Below are positions 7,460 to 17,217 of a DNA stretch of 64,000 nucleotides, piece by piece. The stretch lies in assembly GCA_021789555.1 (NCBI GenBank), contig JAJYJK010000006.1:36445-100444 (forward strand), written 5' to 3'. Below the pieces are notes generated by a model, which did no database searches, was not told the origin of the DNA, and saw only the letters and a list, made by a program, of their open reading frames with translations. The position numbers and the translations under genes were made by a program. How positions within the stretch are numbered: the stretch's first letter is position 1; each line of letters opens with the position of its first letter. Source of the stretch: Nitrospirota bacterium. Lineage in GTDB: Bacteria; Nitrospirota; Thermodesulfovibrionia; Thermodesulfovibrionales; JdFR-88.

Positions 7460-8797
7460 TTATGACAGAATTACGGGCTTTCCGATGGCCATGCCCTCTT
7501 TTTGACCCACAATCTCCGCATTCACAAGGCTTCCGTCGGCAATCCCTCCGGAAAACCGCGTGTATTCGGCTGGAATAAAGACTTTTACATAATTGTCCGC
7601 AACCCCTCGATACCCGAAACAAACCCCTTTGCCGGCCCCGGCGCAATCGCCGGCTTCGCCGCCCCTCTCGATCAGGACCCCGAGCGTCTCCCCTTTGAGG
7701 CGCTCTATAAAAGAGCGCTTCTTTTCCGCGGCCAGCGCCCTTAAAATCCCTGAACGTCTCTTCTTTATCGGACTTTCAACCGCTGCGCTTAAATGTGCCG
7801 CCTCGGTGCCCGGCCTGGGGGAATAGGCAAATACGTGCATGTATGTGAAGGGAAGCTCCCTTAAGACCGACAGCGTGTTTTTGAACTCGGGCTCTCCCTC
7901 GCCTGGGAAACCCACTATGACGTCCGTGCCCAGTCCGAGAGACGGTATTTCTTTAACCATTTTATTAACTTTTCCTATGAAACCGGCTGAATCATAATGT
8001 CTTTTCATCAATTTCAGGATCCTGTCATCGCCGCTTTGAAGCGGCAGGTGGAGGTGTCTTGCCAGTCGCCCCCCCTTAAGCAGGTCAAGGAGCCTGCCGT
8101 CCACCTCGTTTATCTCCAGGGAGCTAAGCCTGAGCCTTGGGACATCAGTCTCGGCAAGTATCTTTTCAAGGAGCCAGGAAAGGCACGGGGCACCAGCGCC
8201 ACGGATGAGATTACTGTCGTCAAATTCCCTGCCATAAAGGCCAAGATGAATGCCCGTAAGCACGACTTCTTTATATCCGCACTCGACGGCCCGACGCACC
8301 CGGCGGACGACTTCATCGGGCCTTACGCTCCTTGCCCGCCCTCTTGCCTTCCAGACAATACAATAGCTGCAGGAGTAATCGCATCCGTCCTGGATTTTTA
8401 GAAAATACCTGCTCCGGCGCGCCCCTCGGGGAAGTGCAGCCTGATTATCTAACGTGCAACTTGAAATTTCATCAGTTATCATATTGATTATTGAATCTTT
8501 TTCGTTATTGGATACGACATGTGAAACGCCTTTCATGTCCTTAACCGCCAGTGGATTCAGCTCTGAATAACAACCAGTGACTATCACGCGTGCGCCGGTT
8601 GCGGCCGCCCTTCTTATGAGCTGTCTGGACTGGTAATCGCTTTTTGCCGTGACACTACAGGTATTTATGACGCAGATTTCGGGGGCCCCATCGAGGCCGA
8701 CGATGTTTATGTGTCCCCTGCCCCTGAGGGACGTTTCGATATCGATGAGTTCCGACTGGTTTACCTTGCACCCCAGCGTCAGGAGGGCCACTTTCAT
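7460..8797 (-). CDS. mtaB: tRNA (t6A37) methylthiotransferase MtaB (radical SAM)
   Basis: N-terminal LGCKVNQSE motif, radical SAM CDYSCSYC motif and a TRAM-like C-terminus. Confidence 0.85.
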   Translation of the reverse strand: MKVALLTLGCKVNQSELIDIETSLRGRGHINIVGLDGAPEICVINTCSVTAKSDYQSRQLIRRAAATGARVIVTGCYSELNPLAVKDMKGVSHVVSNNEKDSIINMITDEISSCTLDNQAALPRGARRSRYFLKIQDGCDYSCSYCIVWKARGRARSVRPDEVVRRVRRAVECGYKEVVLTGIHLGLYGREFDDSNLIRGAGAPCLSWLLEKILAETDVPRLRLSSLEINEVDGRLLDLLKGGRLARHLHLPLQSGDDRILKLMKRHYDSAGFIGKVNKMVKEIPSLGLGTDVIVGFPGEGEPEFKNTLSVLRELPFTYMHVFAYSPRPGTEAAHLSAAVESPIKKRRSGILRALAAEKKRSFIERLKGETLGVLIERGGEAGDCAGAGKGVCFGYRGVADNYVKVFIPAEYTRFSGGIADGSLVNAEIVGQKEGMAIGKPVILS

Positions 8798-10269
8798 CGC
8801 TTTTTCGTCTTGCCGCCATTCGCCCGGGATACAGTCTCACCCCCAGGTGCCCGAAGCTCACCTTCAAGTACCCGAAGTTCACCTTCAAGTGAATGCCTCC
8901 TGGCCTTTATGATTTCAAGGGACACGAGGGCTCCAGGGGACAAGTCTGCCCCCCCGGAGGGGACCGCGCTGAAAAAATTCACGGTCTTGTTCGTCCGGGT
9001 CCTGCCGGCGAGCCGGTCTTTATTTTTTTCATCGGCATTTTTTTCATCGGCCCCTTCGACCATGACCTCCTCGGTCGTGCCCACGAGAGCCCTGTTTTTC
9101 TCCAGCGTTATGTCGTCCTGGAGGGCAAGGATTTCATCGAGTCTCCGGGCGGAGACGTCATCCGGCAGATGGCCTGAGAATTTCGAGGCGGCGGTCCCCG
9201 GCCTCGGCGAGTATTTAAACGCGAATATCCCGTCAAACTCTATCCGCCTCAGGGCGGTCATGGTGGCCTCGTGGTCTTCTTCCGTCTCCCCCGGAAAACC
9301 GGCTATGATGTCGGTGGTTATGGAGATGCCGGGCACGCGGCGGCGCAGGCGCTCAATCCTGCCCATGTAATCGGCGAAGCTGTACCGCCGGTTCATACGC
9401 GCAAGCACCGCGTCGGAGCCGGACTGGAGGGGCAGATGGACGTGTTCGCAGAGCTTTTCGAGCCCTCCGATGGCCTCGATAAGCCCTTCGGAGAGGTCCC
9501 TCGGATGAGAGGTGACGAAGCGAATGCGGCTGATCCCGTCGATGCGGTCGGCCATCTCGAGCAATCCCGGGAAGTCGACCCCGCCAGGGGCGGGGTTTCT
9601 GTAGGAGTTGACGTTCTGCCCGAGCAGGGTCACTTCCCTAAACCCCTCCTCAGCCAGGCGCCGGATTTCATCCAGGATACTGCCCGAGGGGCGGCAGACC
9701 TCCCTGCCTCGCGTGAAGGGCACGATGCAGTACGTGCAGAAATTATTGCAGCCGTACATGATGGAGACCCAGGCCCCAGGTTTCTTCTTCCTCGCCGCCG
9801 GCAGTTCAATCGAAGCGAGCTGGTGGTTTTCATCGATGAGGACGTCTCTGTCAAGGCGGGCTTCTCCGCCGGCGCAGGCGCGGCAGGAGACGCCCTCCGG
9901 CCCCGAGAAGATTCGCCCCAATGAATGAATATTCTGCGGCCCCACTATGCAGTCGACAAACGGGGCCTTCCGCAGAAGCTCACGGCCCATCTGCTGGGCG
10001 ACACAGCCCGCGACGGCGATCTTCAGACCGGGCCTCTGCCTTTTAAGCTTTTTCAGCCTGCCTAGTTCGCTGAAGAATTTCTGCTCCGCCTTCTGCCTTA
10101 TGCTGCACGTGTTGAAGACGATGATGTCGGCCCGGTCCTTGTCCTCGTCTGAAACCTCCGAAAATCCGCTCCGGGCAAGGACCCCTGATATCTTCTCCGA
10201 ATCATGGAAGTTCATCTGGCAGCCGAAGGTCCGGATATAAAAATAAACTTTCACTTTCTTCTTTTCCAT
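8794..10269 (-). CDS. miaB: tRNA-2-methylthio-N6-dimethylallyladenosine synthase MiaB
   Basis: TFGCQMNFHDSE motif and radical SAM CNNFCTYC motif, followed by a TRAM domain. The C-terminal extension carries a 7-aa duplication. Confidence 0.9.
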   Translation of the reverse strand: MEKKKVKVYFYIRTFGCQMNFHDSEKISGVLARSGFSEVSDEDKDRADIIVFNTCSIRQKAEQKFFSELGRLKKLKRQRPGLKIAVAGCVAQQMGRELLRKAPFVDCIVGPQNIHSLGRIFSGPEGVSCRACAGGEARLDRDVLIDENHQLASIELPAARKKKPGAWVSIMYGCNNFCTYCIVPFTRGREVCRPSGSILDEIRRLAEEGFREVTLLGQNVNSYRNPAPGGVDFPGLLEMADRIDGISRIRFVTSHPRDLSEGLIEAIGGLEKLCEHVHLPLQSGSDAVLARMNRRYSFADYMGRIERLRRRVPGISITTDIIAGFPGETEEDHEATMTALRRIEFDGIFAFKYSPRPGTAASKFSGHLPDDVSARRLDEILALQDDITLEKNRALVGTTEEVMVEGADEKNADEKNKDRLAGRTRTNKTVNFFSAVPSGGADLSPGALVSLEIIKARRHSLEGELRVLEGELRAPGGETVSRANGGKTKKR

Positions 10270-10683
10270 CGCCTATCCTGATAATTATCACAGATAATCC
10301 GCCGCCAAGGCAAATCACCGCGCCAGTCTGAAATGACATCCTCCGTCAAAAGGCATGCCCGAAGGAAAAGCGAAAAGTAAAAAAGTGAAAAAATGAAAAT
10401 GTATCCCATAGAAACAAAAGCCCCGGGGGATATGGGCAATTGTATCTTTAAGTTACATAGGGGTGCGAGGGCCAATCGGGCGGGCGCGAAGGTCCATCGG
10501 GACCGAAACCTTCTGCCGGGCCTCGGATTTCATGGTTGATAACGGCCTCTTTCATATGCGTCGGGCATTTCGGGCCGGCCGCCGCCCCGCCCTTTCCCCT
10601 GATGGCACATGCTTTGCTTATTCAGGTTGGGGTCAATCTACCGTTTTCATCGAGAAAACTTGCCAGTTCAAGGAGAAATTGCA

Positions 10684-11715
10684 ATGTCAGACAGGAGCAT
10701 CTTAAGTTTAAGCCATCCGCTGCCGGCCATCGCGCTGACCGCACTTCTTCTAATGGGCCTTGTTTCATGCGCGAGCCAGATACGTCCGGATCAGGTTTTA
10801 CTTAAAAATTCGCAAAATACGGGCAATCCGCTGGTGGATAAATACAACTACCAGATTGCCGCCAGCGGGCTGCAGAACGCGGTCGCCCCCCGATTGTCGA
10901 AGGATTACAGGATAGGCCCCGAGGACCTGCTGGATATAAGCGTCTTTGAAGTAAAGGAGATGACGTCGGAGGTCAGGGTAAACGGCAGCGGTTACATCCG
11001 CCTGCCCCTGGCCGGGCAGATAGAGGCCGGGGGGCTGACGACCTCCCAGTTGGAAAACCTCATAGCGAAGAAGCTTGACCATTATCTTCAGGAGCCGACC
11101 GTAAGCGTTTTCATAAAAGAATACCGGAGCCAGCCGATCTCGGTCCTGGGGGCTGTAAAGACCCCCAAGATCTATTATGTCACCGGGCAGATGCACCTGC
11201 TTGACGTGCTTTCGATGGCGGGCGGGCTCACGTCCGACGCCGGCAACATCTGCATCGTGCAGAACACAACTGGCGCCAGCCCCCAGAAACAGACGGTAGT
11301 GGACCTGGAGGCGTTGCTCTCAAAGGGCCATACGGACCTTAATATCCCCGTATACTCAGGTGACATCGTGAATGTGCCCACAGGCGGCACATTCTTTGTG
11401 GACGGGGCGGTAAACGCCCCCGGCTCCTTTTCCCTGAAAAGCAGGACCACGCTCACCCAGGCCATATCCATGGCCAAGGGGCTTGCATTTGAAGCGGTGA
11501 AATCGGGCATCAAGATATACCGGGGCTCCGGCCAGGCCGACAGGAAGGTCATAGCCGTCAACTACGACTCCATCCTGTCGGGCAAAACCCAGGACATAGG
11601 GCTAAAGGACAACGACATAATCATAGTGCCGAAAAGCGGCTTCAAGACTTTCGTCAAGGGGCTCACGACTTACATAGGCCTGGGGCCTTTCGGCCTCGGC
11701 AGGGCGGGTCTCTAA
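10684..11715 (+). CDS. polysaccharide export outer-membrane lipoprotein (Wza-like)
   Basis: The ATG at 10684 follows an AAGGAG RBS. Lipobox LMGLVSC. Poly_export/SLBB-type sequence (YRIGPEDLLDISVF..., GDIVNVP). Confidence 0.8.
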   Translation: MSDRSILSLSHPLPAIALTALLLMGLVSCASQIRPDQVLLKNSQNTGNPLVDKYNYQIAASGLQNAVAPRLSKDYRIGPEDLLDISVFEVKEMTSEVRVNGSGYIRLPLAGQIEAGGLTTSQLENLIAKKLDHYLQEPTVSVFIKEYRSQPISVLGAVKTPKIYYVTGQMHLLDVLSMAGGLTSDAGNICIVQNTTGASPQKQTVVDLEALLSKGHTDLNIPVYSGDIVNVPTGGTFFVDGAVNAPGSFSLKSRTTLTQAISMAKGLAFEAVKSGIKIYRGSGQADRKVIAVNYDSILSGKTQDIGLKDNDIIIVPKSGFKTFVKGLTTYIGLGPFGLGRAGL

Positions 11716-11735
11716 TCCAATCCGGAGCGGGTGAA

Positions 11736-14009
11736 ATGGACATTCTTCAAAACGAAGGCAAAGGCAGGGAAAACGGGACGCAACCCCGCGAGTTGAAACC
11801 GTATGAGCCGGCGGCGCTCTCGACGGAGCAGATAAAGTTCGAGGAGTTCACCCAGCCGGAAGATGCGCATCTGAGGGACTACCTGGGCGTAATAATGCGC
11901 AGAAGGTGGGCGGTGATTCTTTTTTTCATATCGGTCGTCGTCACGGTCACCATCTCCAGCTACGTAATGAAGCCCCTTTACAAGGCCACGGCCGTCATCA
12001 GGATAGACAACGAAAACCCGAACGTCTACACGTTCAAGGACGTTCAAGCCGCGGCCCCGGACGATGAATACTACGAAACACAGTACAAGATGCTCAAGAG
12101 CCGCGCCCTCGCCAGGATGACCATCGACCGCATGGCGCTCTACAATAACCCCGCCTTCAACCCGTCGCATGGCGGCAGCTCGCTGTTTGCCGCAATCAGG
12201 GGTTCCATCGCGGGGCTGATGCCGTTTATGCAGGCAAAGGACGACGACGCCCGGCAAAAGGACGCGGGCAGGCCAAGCGATAATGAGTACCGGGGCCTGA
12301 TAGACAGGTTCGTCGGGATGCTCGATATAATGCCCGTAAAAAGGTCCCAGCTCGTCGACGTCTCCTTTGTTTCCCCCAGCCCGGAGCTTGCCAGGCAGGC
12401 CGCCAACGCCCTGGCCCACACCTACATAGATTTCAACATCGACAGGCGGCTTGACGCCTCCAGGCAGGCCAAGGTCGTGCTTGAAAAGCAGCTTGGCATC
12501 CTGAGGGGCAAGGTCGAGGGCTCGGAGGCGGCGCTTAACGATTACGCGCAGAAAAACCAGATGCTCATCGTCGACAACAAGGACGACAAACAAAACATCC
12601 TTGTCCAGGGGCTTTCGGAAATATCCGGCGCCCTGAATACCTCTACGGCAAACCGGATAAAGGCCGAGGCGCTGGAGGATGAGCTCAGGCGCTCCGGCGA
12701 CGATAATCCGGTCGTCCTGAATAACCCCCTGATCCAGGGGCTGAAGAAAGACTTCAACTCCCTGGAGTCCGAATACTACAACCTGCTCAGGATTTACAAA
12801 CCCGATTTCCCGAAGATGCAGCGCATCAAAAGCCAGATGGACGCAATCGCGCGCAGGATAGCAAGGGAGAGAAAGAACATCGTGCGCTCCGTGGATGCCC
12901 AGTACAAGACCGATCTCACCAGGGAAAAATACCTTGGCATGGAGTTCGAAAGGCAGAAAAACGGCATCCTCGACTACCAGAGAAAAAACACGCAGTACGA
13001 AATCCTGAAAAGGGACGTGGATGCAAACAGGGAGATTTACAACAGCCTGCTGCAGAGGCTCAAGGAGGTGAGCGTTTCGGCCACCAAGACGACGAGCAGC
13101 ATACAAGTGCTCGACGATGCCGAGCTGCCGGAAACCCCGTACAAGCCCAACAAGCCCATGAACATCCTGCTTGGGATTGTCTTCGGGCTGGCGGGGGGCG
13201 TCGGGCTCGCCTTTTTCATGGAATATTTCGACAACACCTTCAAGAACACGCACGAGATAGAAAAATCGACACGCCTGCCCGCGCTGGGGATGATACCCAT
13301 GCAGAAGCTGACGGACTCGATCAAGCGTCCGCTCATCGCCCACTCCAGGAGCCGGAGCCCCGTTGCCGAGGCCTTCCGCTCCATAGGCACTTTCATACTG
13401 CTTTCCTCTTCATCGAAACCGCCCAAAACTATCCTCGTGACGAGCCCGGGCGAGAAGGAAGGCAAGACGACCATCTGCATAAACACCGCCATGGCCCTGG
13501 CCGAGACGATGGGCAACGGCATCATAATAGACGCGGACCTTCGCAAACCCAGGCTCCACCACTCTTTCGAGATCGAAAACACCGTGGGGCTTTCCACCTT
13601 CCTTTCAGGCAACATCGAGTTCGAGGAGGGGCTCATCAGGAAGACCACGATAAACGGCCTGAGCATAATCACCTCCGGGCCTATCGCCCCAAACCCCTCG
13701 GAGCTTATCGTTTCGAGGCGGATGAAAGACCTCCTTGAGGCGCTCTATACGATATACGATTTCGTGATCATCGATTCGGCCCCCATCATGGGCATGCCGG
13801 ACAGCGTCTACCTAAGCAGCATAGTGGACGGCTCTGTCGTAGTCGTAAAGGCCGGACATACCACCAGGCAAATCCTTGCCGAGACTAAGAAGATATACAG
13901 GAGCATAAACGCGAAGATCCTGGGGGTGGTGTTAAACGGCATGAAGGAAAGCGACCTCAGGTACAACTACCATTCCAATTATTATTCATCCTATTTCAGG
14001 GAGGGATAG
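11736..14009 (+). CDS. polysaccharide chain-length determinant / tyrosine autokinase (Wzc-like)
   Basis: Wzz-type N-terminus with a TM segment, a long coiled-coil, Walker A SPGEKEGKTT and a Tyr-rich tail (YNYHSNYYSSYF). Confidence 0.85.
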   Translation: MDILQNEGKGRENGTQPRELKPYEPAALSTEQIKFEEFTQPEDAHLRDYLGVIMRRRWAVILFFISVVVTVTISSYVMKPLYKATAVIRIDNENPNVYTFKDVQAAAPDDEYYETQYKMLKSRALARMTIDRMALYNNPAFNPSHGGSSLFAAIRGSIAGLMPFMQAKDDDARQKDAGRPSDNEYRGLIDRFVGMLDIMPVKRSQLVDVSFVSPSPELARQAANALAHTYIDFNIDRRLDASRQAKVVLEKQLGILRGKVEGSEAALNDYAQKNQMLIVDNKDDKQNILVQGLSEISGALNTSTANRIKAEALEDELRRSGDDNPVVLNNPLIQGLKKDFNSLESEYYNLLRIYKPDFPKMQRIKSQMDAIARRIARERKNIVRSVDAQYKTDLTREKYLGMEFERQKNGILDYQRKNTQYEILKRDVDANREIYNSLLQRLKEVSVSATKTTSSIQVLDDAELPETPYKPNKPMNILLGIVFGLAGGVGLAFFMEYFDNTFKNTHEIEKSTRLPALGMIPMQKLTDSIKRPLIAHSRSRSPVAEAFRSIGTFILLSSSSKPPKTILVTSPGEKEGKTTICINTAMALAETMGNGIIIDADLRKPRLHHSFEIENTVGLSTFLSGNIEFEEGLIRKTTINGLSIITSGPIAPNPSELIVSRRMKDLLEALYTIYDFVIIDSAPIMGMPDSVYLSSIVDGSVVVVKAGHTTRQILAETKKIYRSINAKILGVVLNGMKESDLRYNYHSNYYSSYFREG

Positions 14010-14015
14010 GGGCGA

Positions 14016-14681
14016 ATGGGCGAAAAGACACCCGCGGGCGGGGTCAGGCTCATGGTCGCCGCACGGCTCATTCGCGGGATTTCAAACGGGCTGGTGCCGG
14101 AAGGGATTTATGAAAACGCCGTTTATTCATACGGGATAATCGCAGGGGCGCTCAAAGACGGGCAACTCGTCGGGACGATATCAGAGGCCGCCGGGGTCCC
14201 CCACGAAAAAGTCCTGTCCGCGGCCCAAAAGATAATTGAGCTGCTGCTTTGGAACAGGCAGGACAACCCGTTTACCTCGCTTGGCCTCTCGCCCTTCGCC
14301 ACGATCGAGGAAATCCACGGCAGATGGCAGAGGCTTATTGCAATCTATCACCCGGACAGGCACATGGACGACCCCCGAAGCGAGGAGATCGCAAAGAAGA
14401 TAAACGAGGCATACAAAAGGGCCTGCCAGATAAAATCGTCCGCTCCACGGAAGATCAGGCCTCCCATCGCCCCGGTCAGTCCGGCCGGCAGGGGCAAGCC
14501 GGAGGGTTTCACGGGAAAGTTCAGGGGCCGGAAGAACCTCACCACACCCCAGGCGATAGTCCTCATCGCCGTGGCGCTGCTCGTCTTTTTTTTCATCCTT
14601 CTGTTTCTTGGCGGGCGTGAGCAGGCCCCGTCTTCAACCCTTGAAAAAACCCCCGGCGGCGTTTTTCACCAAAGGCTCTGA
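14016..14681 (+). CDS. J-domain (DnaJ-like) membrane-anchored protein
   Basis: J-domain with an HPD motif (LIAIYHPDRH) and a C-terminal TM segment (AIVLIAVALLVFFFILLFL). Confidence 0.7.
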   Translation: MGEKTPAGGVRLMVAARLIRGISNGLVPEGIYENAVYSYGIIAGALKDGQLVGTISEAAGVPHEKVLSAAQKIIELLLWNRQDNPFTSLGLSPFATIEEIHGRWQRLIAIYHPDRHMDDPRSEEIAKKINEAYKRACQIKSSAPRKIRPPIAPVSPAGRGKPEGFTGKFRGRKNLTTPQAIVLIAVALLVFFFILLFLGGREQAPSSTLEKTPGGVFHQRL

Positions 14682-14687
14682 ACTAAA

Positions 14688-15239
14688 CTAAAAACCCTCA
14701 CCGCAGGCGCCGGGCAGGCGGCAGTTCAATGCGTTAAAAGCAAGAAGTATGCGGCGCTCCATCCTCAGTCTCTCCTCCGGGACCGGCAGGGGACGGAATT
14801 CCCCGTTTTTGCCCATGGCGACGGCCCTGGGCCTGTCGGGGACGGCGGAGAGTTCCTCGGAGATAAGCTCCCCGGTGTCTGTATTCAGGACCCTTGAATA
14901 ATCGGAGCTTGTGACGACGCAGATGGGGATGCCCCCGGCCACCCGGCTGAAGGCAAGGACGTGCCTCTCGATCGATTCCAGGGCGGAAAGGGCGCACTTT
15001 ATGGCTAAAATCCTCAGGCCCCCGACCTTGACTATGAAGTCAACGGAGCATTGCTCGTTTTGCCCCGTGGTGGGCGAAAAAACATCGAAGGGGGCGTCGA
15101 CCTCAATCTCATCCTCCCGGAAACCCTTTTGCTTTATCAGGAACTCATAGACGTTCTCGCGGATGAAGCCGGTCAGCATGACGCTCTTGCGCTCCTCATC
15201 CCGGAGCTTATCCAGTATCATCTTCTCGCGCTCTTCCAT
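14688..15239 (-). CDS. hypothetical protein, possibly HsdR-N-terminal-like (PD-(D/E)xK fold) domain
   Basis: A D...(D/E)xK-like pattern (SVDFIVKV...LAIKC) resembles the HSDR_N family. This rests on weak recall only. Confidence 0.35.
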   Translation of the reverse strand: MEEREKMILDKLRDEERKSVMLTGFIRENVYEFLIKQKGFREDEIEVDAPFDVFSPTTGQNEQCSVDFIVKVGGLRILAIKCALSALESIERHVLAFSRVAGGIPICVVTSSDYSRVLNTDTGELISEELSAVPDRPRAVAMGKNGEFRPLPVPEERLRMERRILLAFNALNCRLPGACGEGF

Positions 15240-15342
15240 GAAAAAATTATACCCTCACCCGCATTTTTATTCCAACTGCCGCTGAATTAAAACCCCTCAT
15301 TCTTGACAGGACAGGGCGCCAGGGCGCCTGGAACTGGCGCTT

Positions 15343-15985
15343 ATGGTAAACTCATCCCGGTCCCGCGCAAACGGCCTGATGGGCCTCATGGGATGGGACG
15401 AAATACGTTTCACCATGGAGGAAACCGGGGAAGTCGTCCGGAACCAGTTGCAGGGGAAGGCCCGGGAGATGTCCGATGGCGCACTGGCGAAACTTTATGC
15501 GAAAACGGATGGCTGGATTGCCGGGATAGTACTCATGCTTGACGGGATGATCTCCGCAAATGGCATTGCAACGGCCCCTGGAAAACGTAAAGGCCGGCCT
15601 GGGACCGGGCCGGCGCATATCGCACGTCATTTATTATCACCAGCTCTCATGGTTTAACCTTCTTCCGGGTAATCCGTTTGAAGCCAAAATTTTTGCGAAG
15701 AAGGCGGTTGCATTGGCTAAAGAGACCGGAGCGCCTATAGGGGAGGCAGTATCGGAGGAGCAATTGTCCGATGCCCTGTGGCCGGAAGCCGACGGCAAGG
15801 GGCTTGAGGCCGATGACCTTGCCGAAGACCTCTACCGGGGCCTGATGGCCTGCTATAACCGGATGGGCCGGAGACCCGATGCCCTTTCCGCCTATGAGCG
15901 CTGCAAAAAGACGCTTTCGGCCGCTTTAGGCATCCAGCCCTCCCCCGAGACCGAGAGATTGAAAGAAGACATCTTCAGGAACTGA
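15343..15985 (+). pseudogene. remnant of a large ATPase/TPR/BTAD-type transcriptional activator
   Basis: Two overlapping ORFs lie in different frames. The first has a MalT/AfsR-like segment (LYAKTDGWIAGIVLML). The second ends in a BTAD C-terminus (LYRGLMACYNRMGRRPDALSAYERCKKTLSAALGIQPSPETERL). NTPase and DNA-binding parts are missing. Confidence 0.55.
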
Positions 15986-16131
15986 CCCTCTTTCCCGGAT
16001 TTGTAACGGGGAGGAGCGGGAGGCGCGTCGAAAGCCTCCCGCTGAAGAAAAAAGGGTGGGCGGAGGGTTAGCCAAATTCCCGAAATCCTTGAAAATTTAA
16101 GGAAAAAAATATTATTCTAATCCATAATCCC

Positions 16132-17217
16132 ATGAACAAGCTGGAAAAATTAAGAAAAGGCATCGACAGGATAGACCAGGAAATCCTGAAACTCCTCAAT
16201 GAGCGCGCCTACGCGGCCATAGAGATAGGGAAGGAAAAAAAGGGCTCAAATGTAAACTGCTACTCCCCGGAGCGTGAAAAAGAGGTGCTTGAAAACGTGG
16301 TGCGGCTAAACCAGGGGCCGCTTCCCAACGAGGCCCTCAGGGGCCTCTATCGGGAGATCATGTCCGCCTCCCGCTCGCTGGAGGGGCCGCTGAAAGTGGC
16401 CTATCTCGGGCCGCTGGCCACCTTCACCCACCTGGCCGCGATAAGGCATTTCGGCTCGTCGGCCGATTTCATGCCGGCAGACAGCATCAGGAACGTTTTC
16501 GAGGAGGTCGACTCCGGCAAGGCCGGTTTTGGGGTGGTGCCGATAGAAAACTCGAACGAGGGGGTCGTAAACTACACTTTGGATATGTTCGTGGATTCCG
16601 ACCTGAAGGTCGCGGGCGAGATAATGCTCGAGATATCCCAAAACCTCCTCTCCAAAAGCGGGGAGGCCGGGAAGGTGAAGCGCATTTACTCCTTCCTGCC
16701 GGCCACCGCCCAATGTAAGGGCTGGCTTGAGAAGAATATGCCCGCAGTACAGGTGATCGACCCGGGGGGCAGCACTGCCAAGGCCGCCGAGATCGCCTCC
16801 AGGGACGACGAGGCCGCGGCAATCGGAAGCGAAGCGGCGGCAAAACTCTACAACCTGAAATTCGTCGCCAGGGACATCGAGGACGGAAAGCACAATTTCA
16901 CGCGCTTCCTCGTCATAAGCAGGGACCACCCGAAGAGGACCGGCAGGGACAAGACCTCCATCATGTTCTCGATAAAGGACCGTCCCGGGGCCCTCTACGA
17001 CATACTCTCCCCGCTCAGAAAGGCGGGCATAAACCTAACGAAGATAGAGTCCCGCCCGTCGAAGCGAAAGGCGTGGGAATATATCTTCTTCATGGACATG
17101 CAGGGGCATATAGAGGACAAGCCGCTGAAAAAGGCTGTCGAGAGGATAAAGCGGGACTGCCTGTATCTAAAGATACTGGGCTCCTATCCGATGGTGGATG
17201 ATGATAAAGGCTCCTGA
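16132..17217 (+). CDS. pheA: bifunctional chorismate mutase / prephenate dehydratase (P-protein)
   Basis: N-terminal chorismate mutase helix (LRKGIDRIDQEILKLLNERA), a PDT domain (VAYLGPLATFTH) and an ACT domain (TSIMFSIKDRPGALY). Confidence 0.9.
   Translation: MNKLEKLRKGIDRIDQEILKLLNERAYAAIEIGKEKKGSNVNCYSPEREKEVLENVVRLNQGPLPNEALRGLYREIMSASRSLEGPLKVAYLGPLATFTHLAAIRHFGSSADFMPADSIRNVFEEVDSGKAGFGVVPIENSNEGVVNYTLDMFVDSDLKVAGEIMLEISQNLLSKSGEAGKVKRIYSFLPATAQCKGWLEKNMPAVQVIDPGGSTAKAAEIASRDDEAAAIGSEAAAKLYNLKFVARDIEDGKHNFTRFLVISRDHPKRTGRDKTSIMFSIKDRPGALYDILSPLRKAGINLTKIESRPSKRKAWEYIFFMDMQGHIEDKPLKKAVERIKRDCLYLKILGSYPMVDDDKGS

Noticed and set aside
11712-13343. 543-aa ORF on the minus strand
   Set aside because: It is entirely antisense to the well-supported Wzc-like gene. 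Its translation is low-complexity (Arg/Val/Gly/Pro-rich) with no motif or RBS. This is a typical shadow ORF of GC-rich coding sequence.
16015-16053. GC-rich hairpin followed by GAAGAAAAAA. A second one with the same tail lies at 35714-35746.
   Set aside because: I considered these as terminators. The A-run follows the stem on the plus strand, so the T-run precedes it on the minus strand, and neither orientation gives a stem-plus-U-tract. The shared GAAGAAAAAA tail may be coincidence, and two copies are too few to call a motif.
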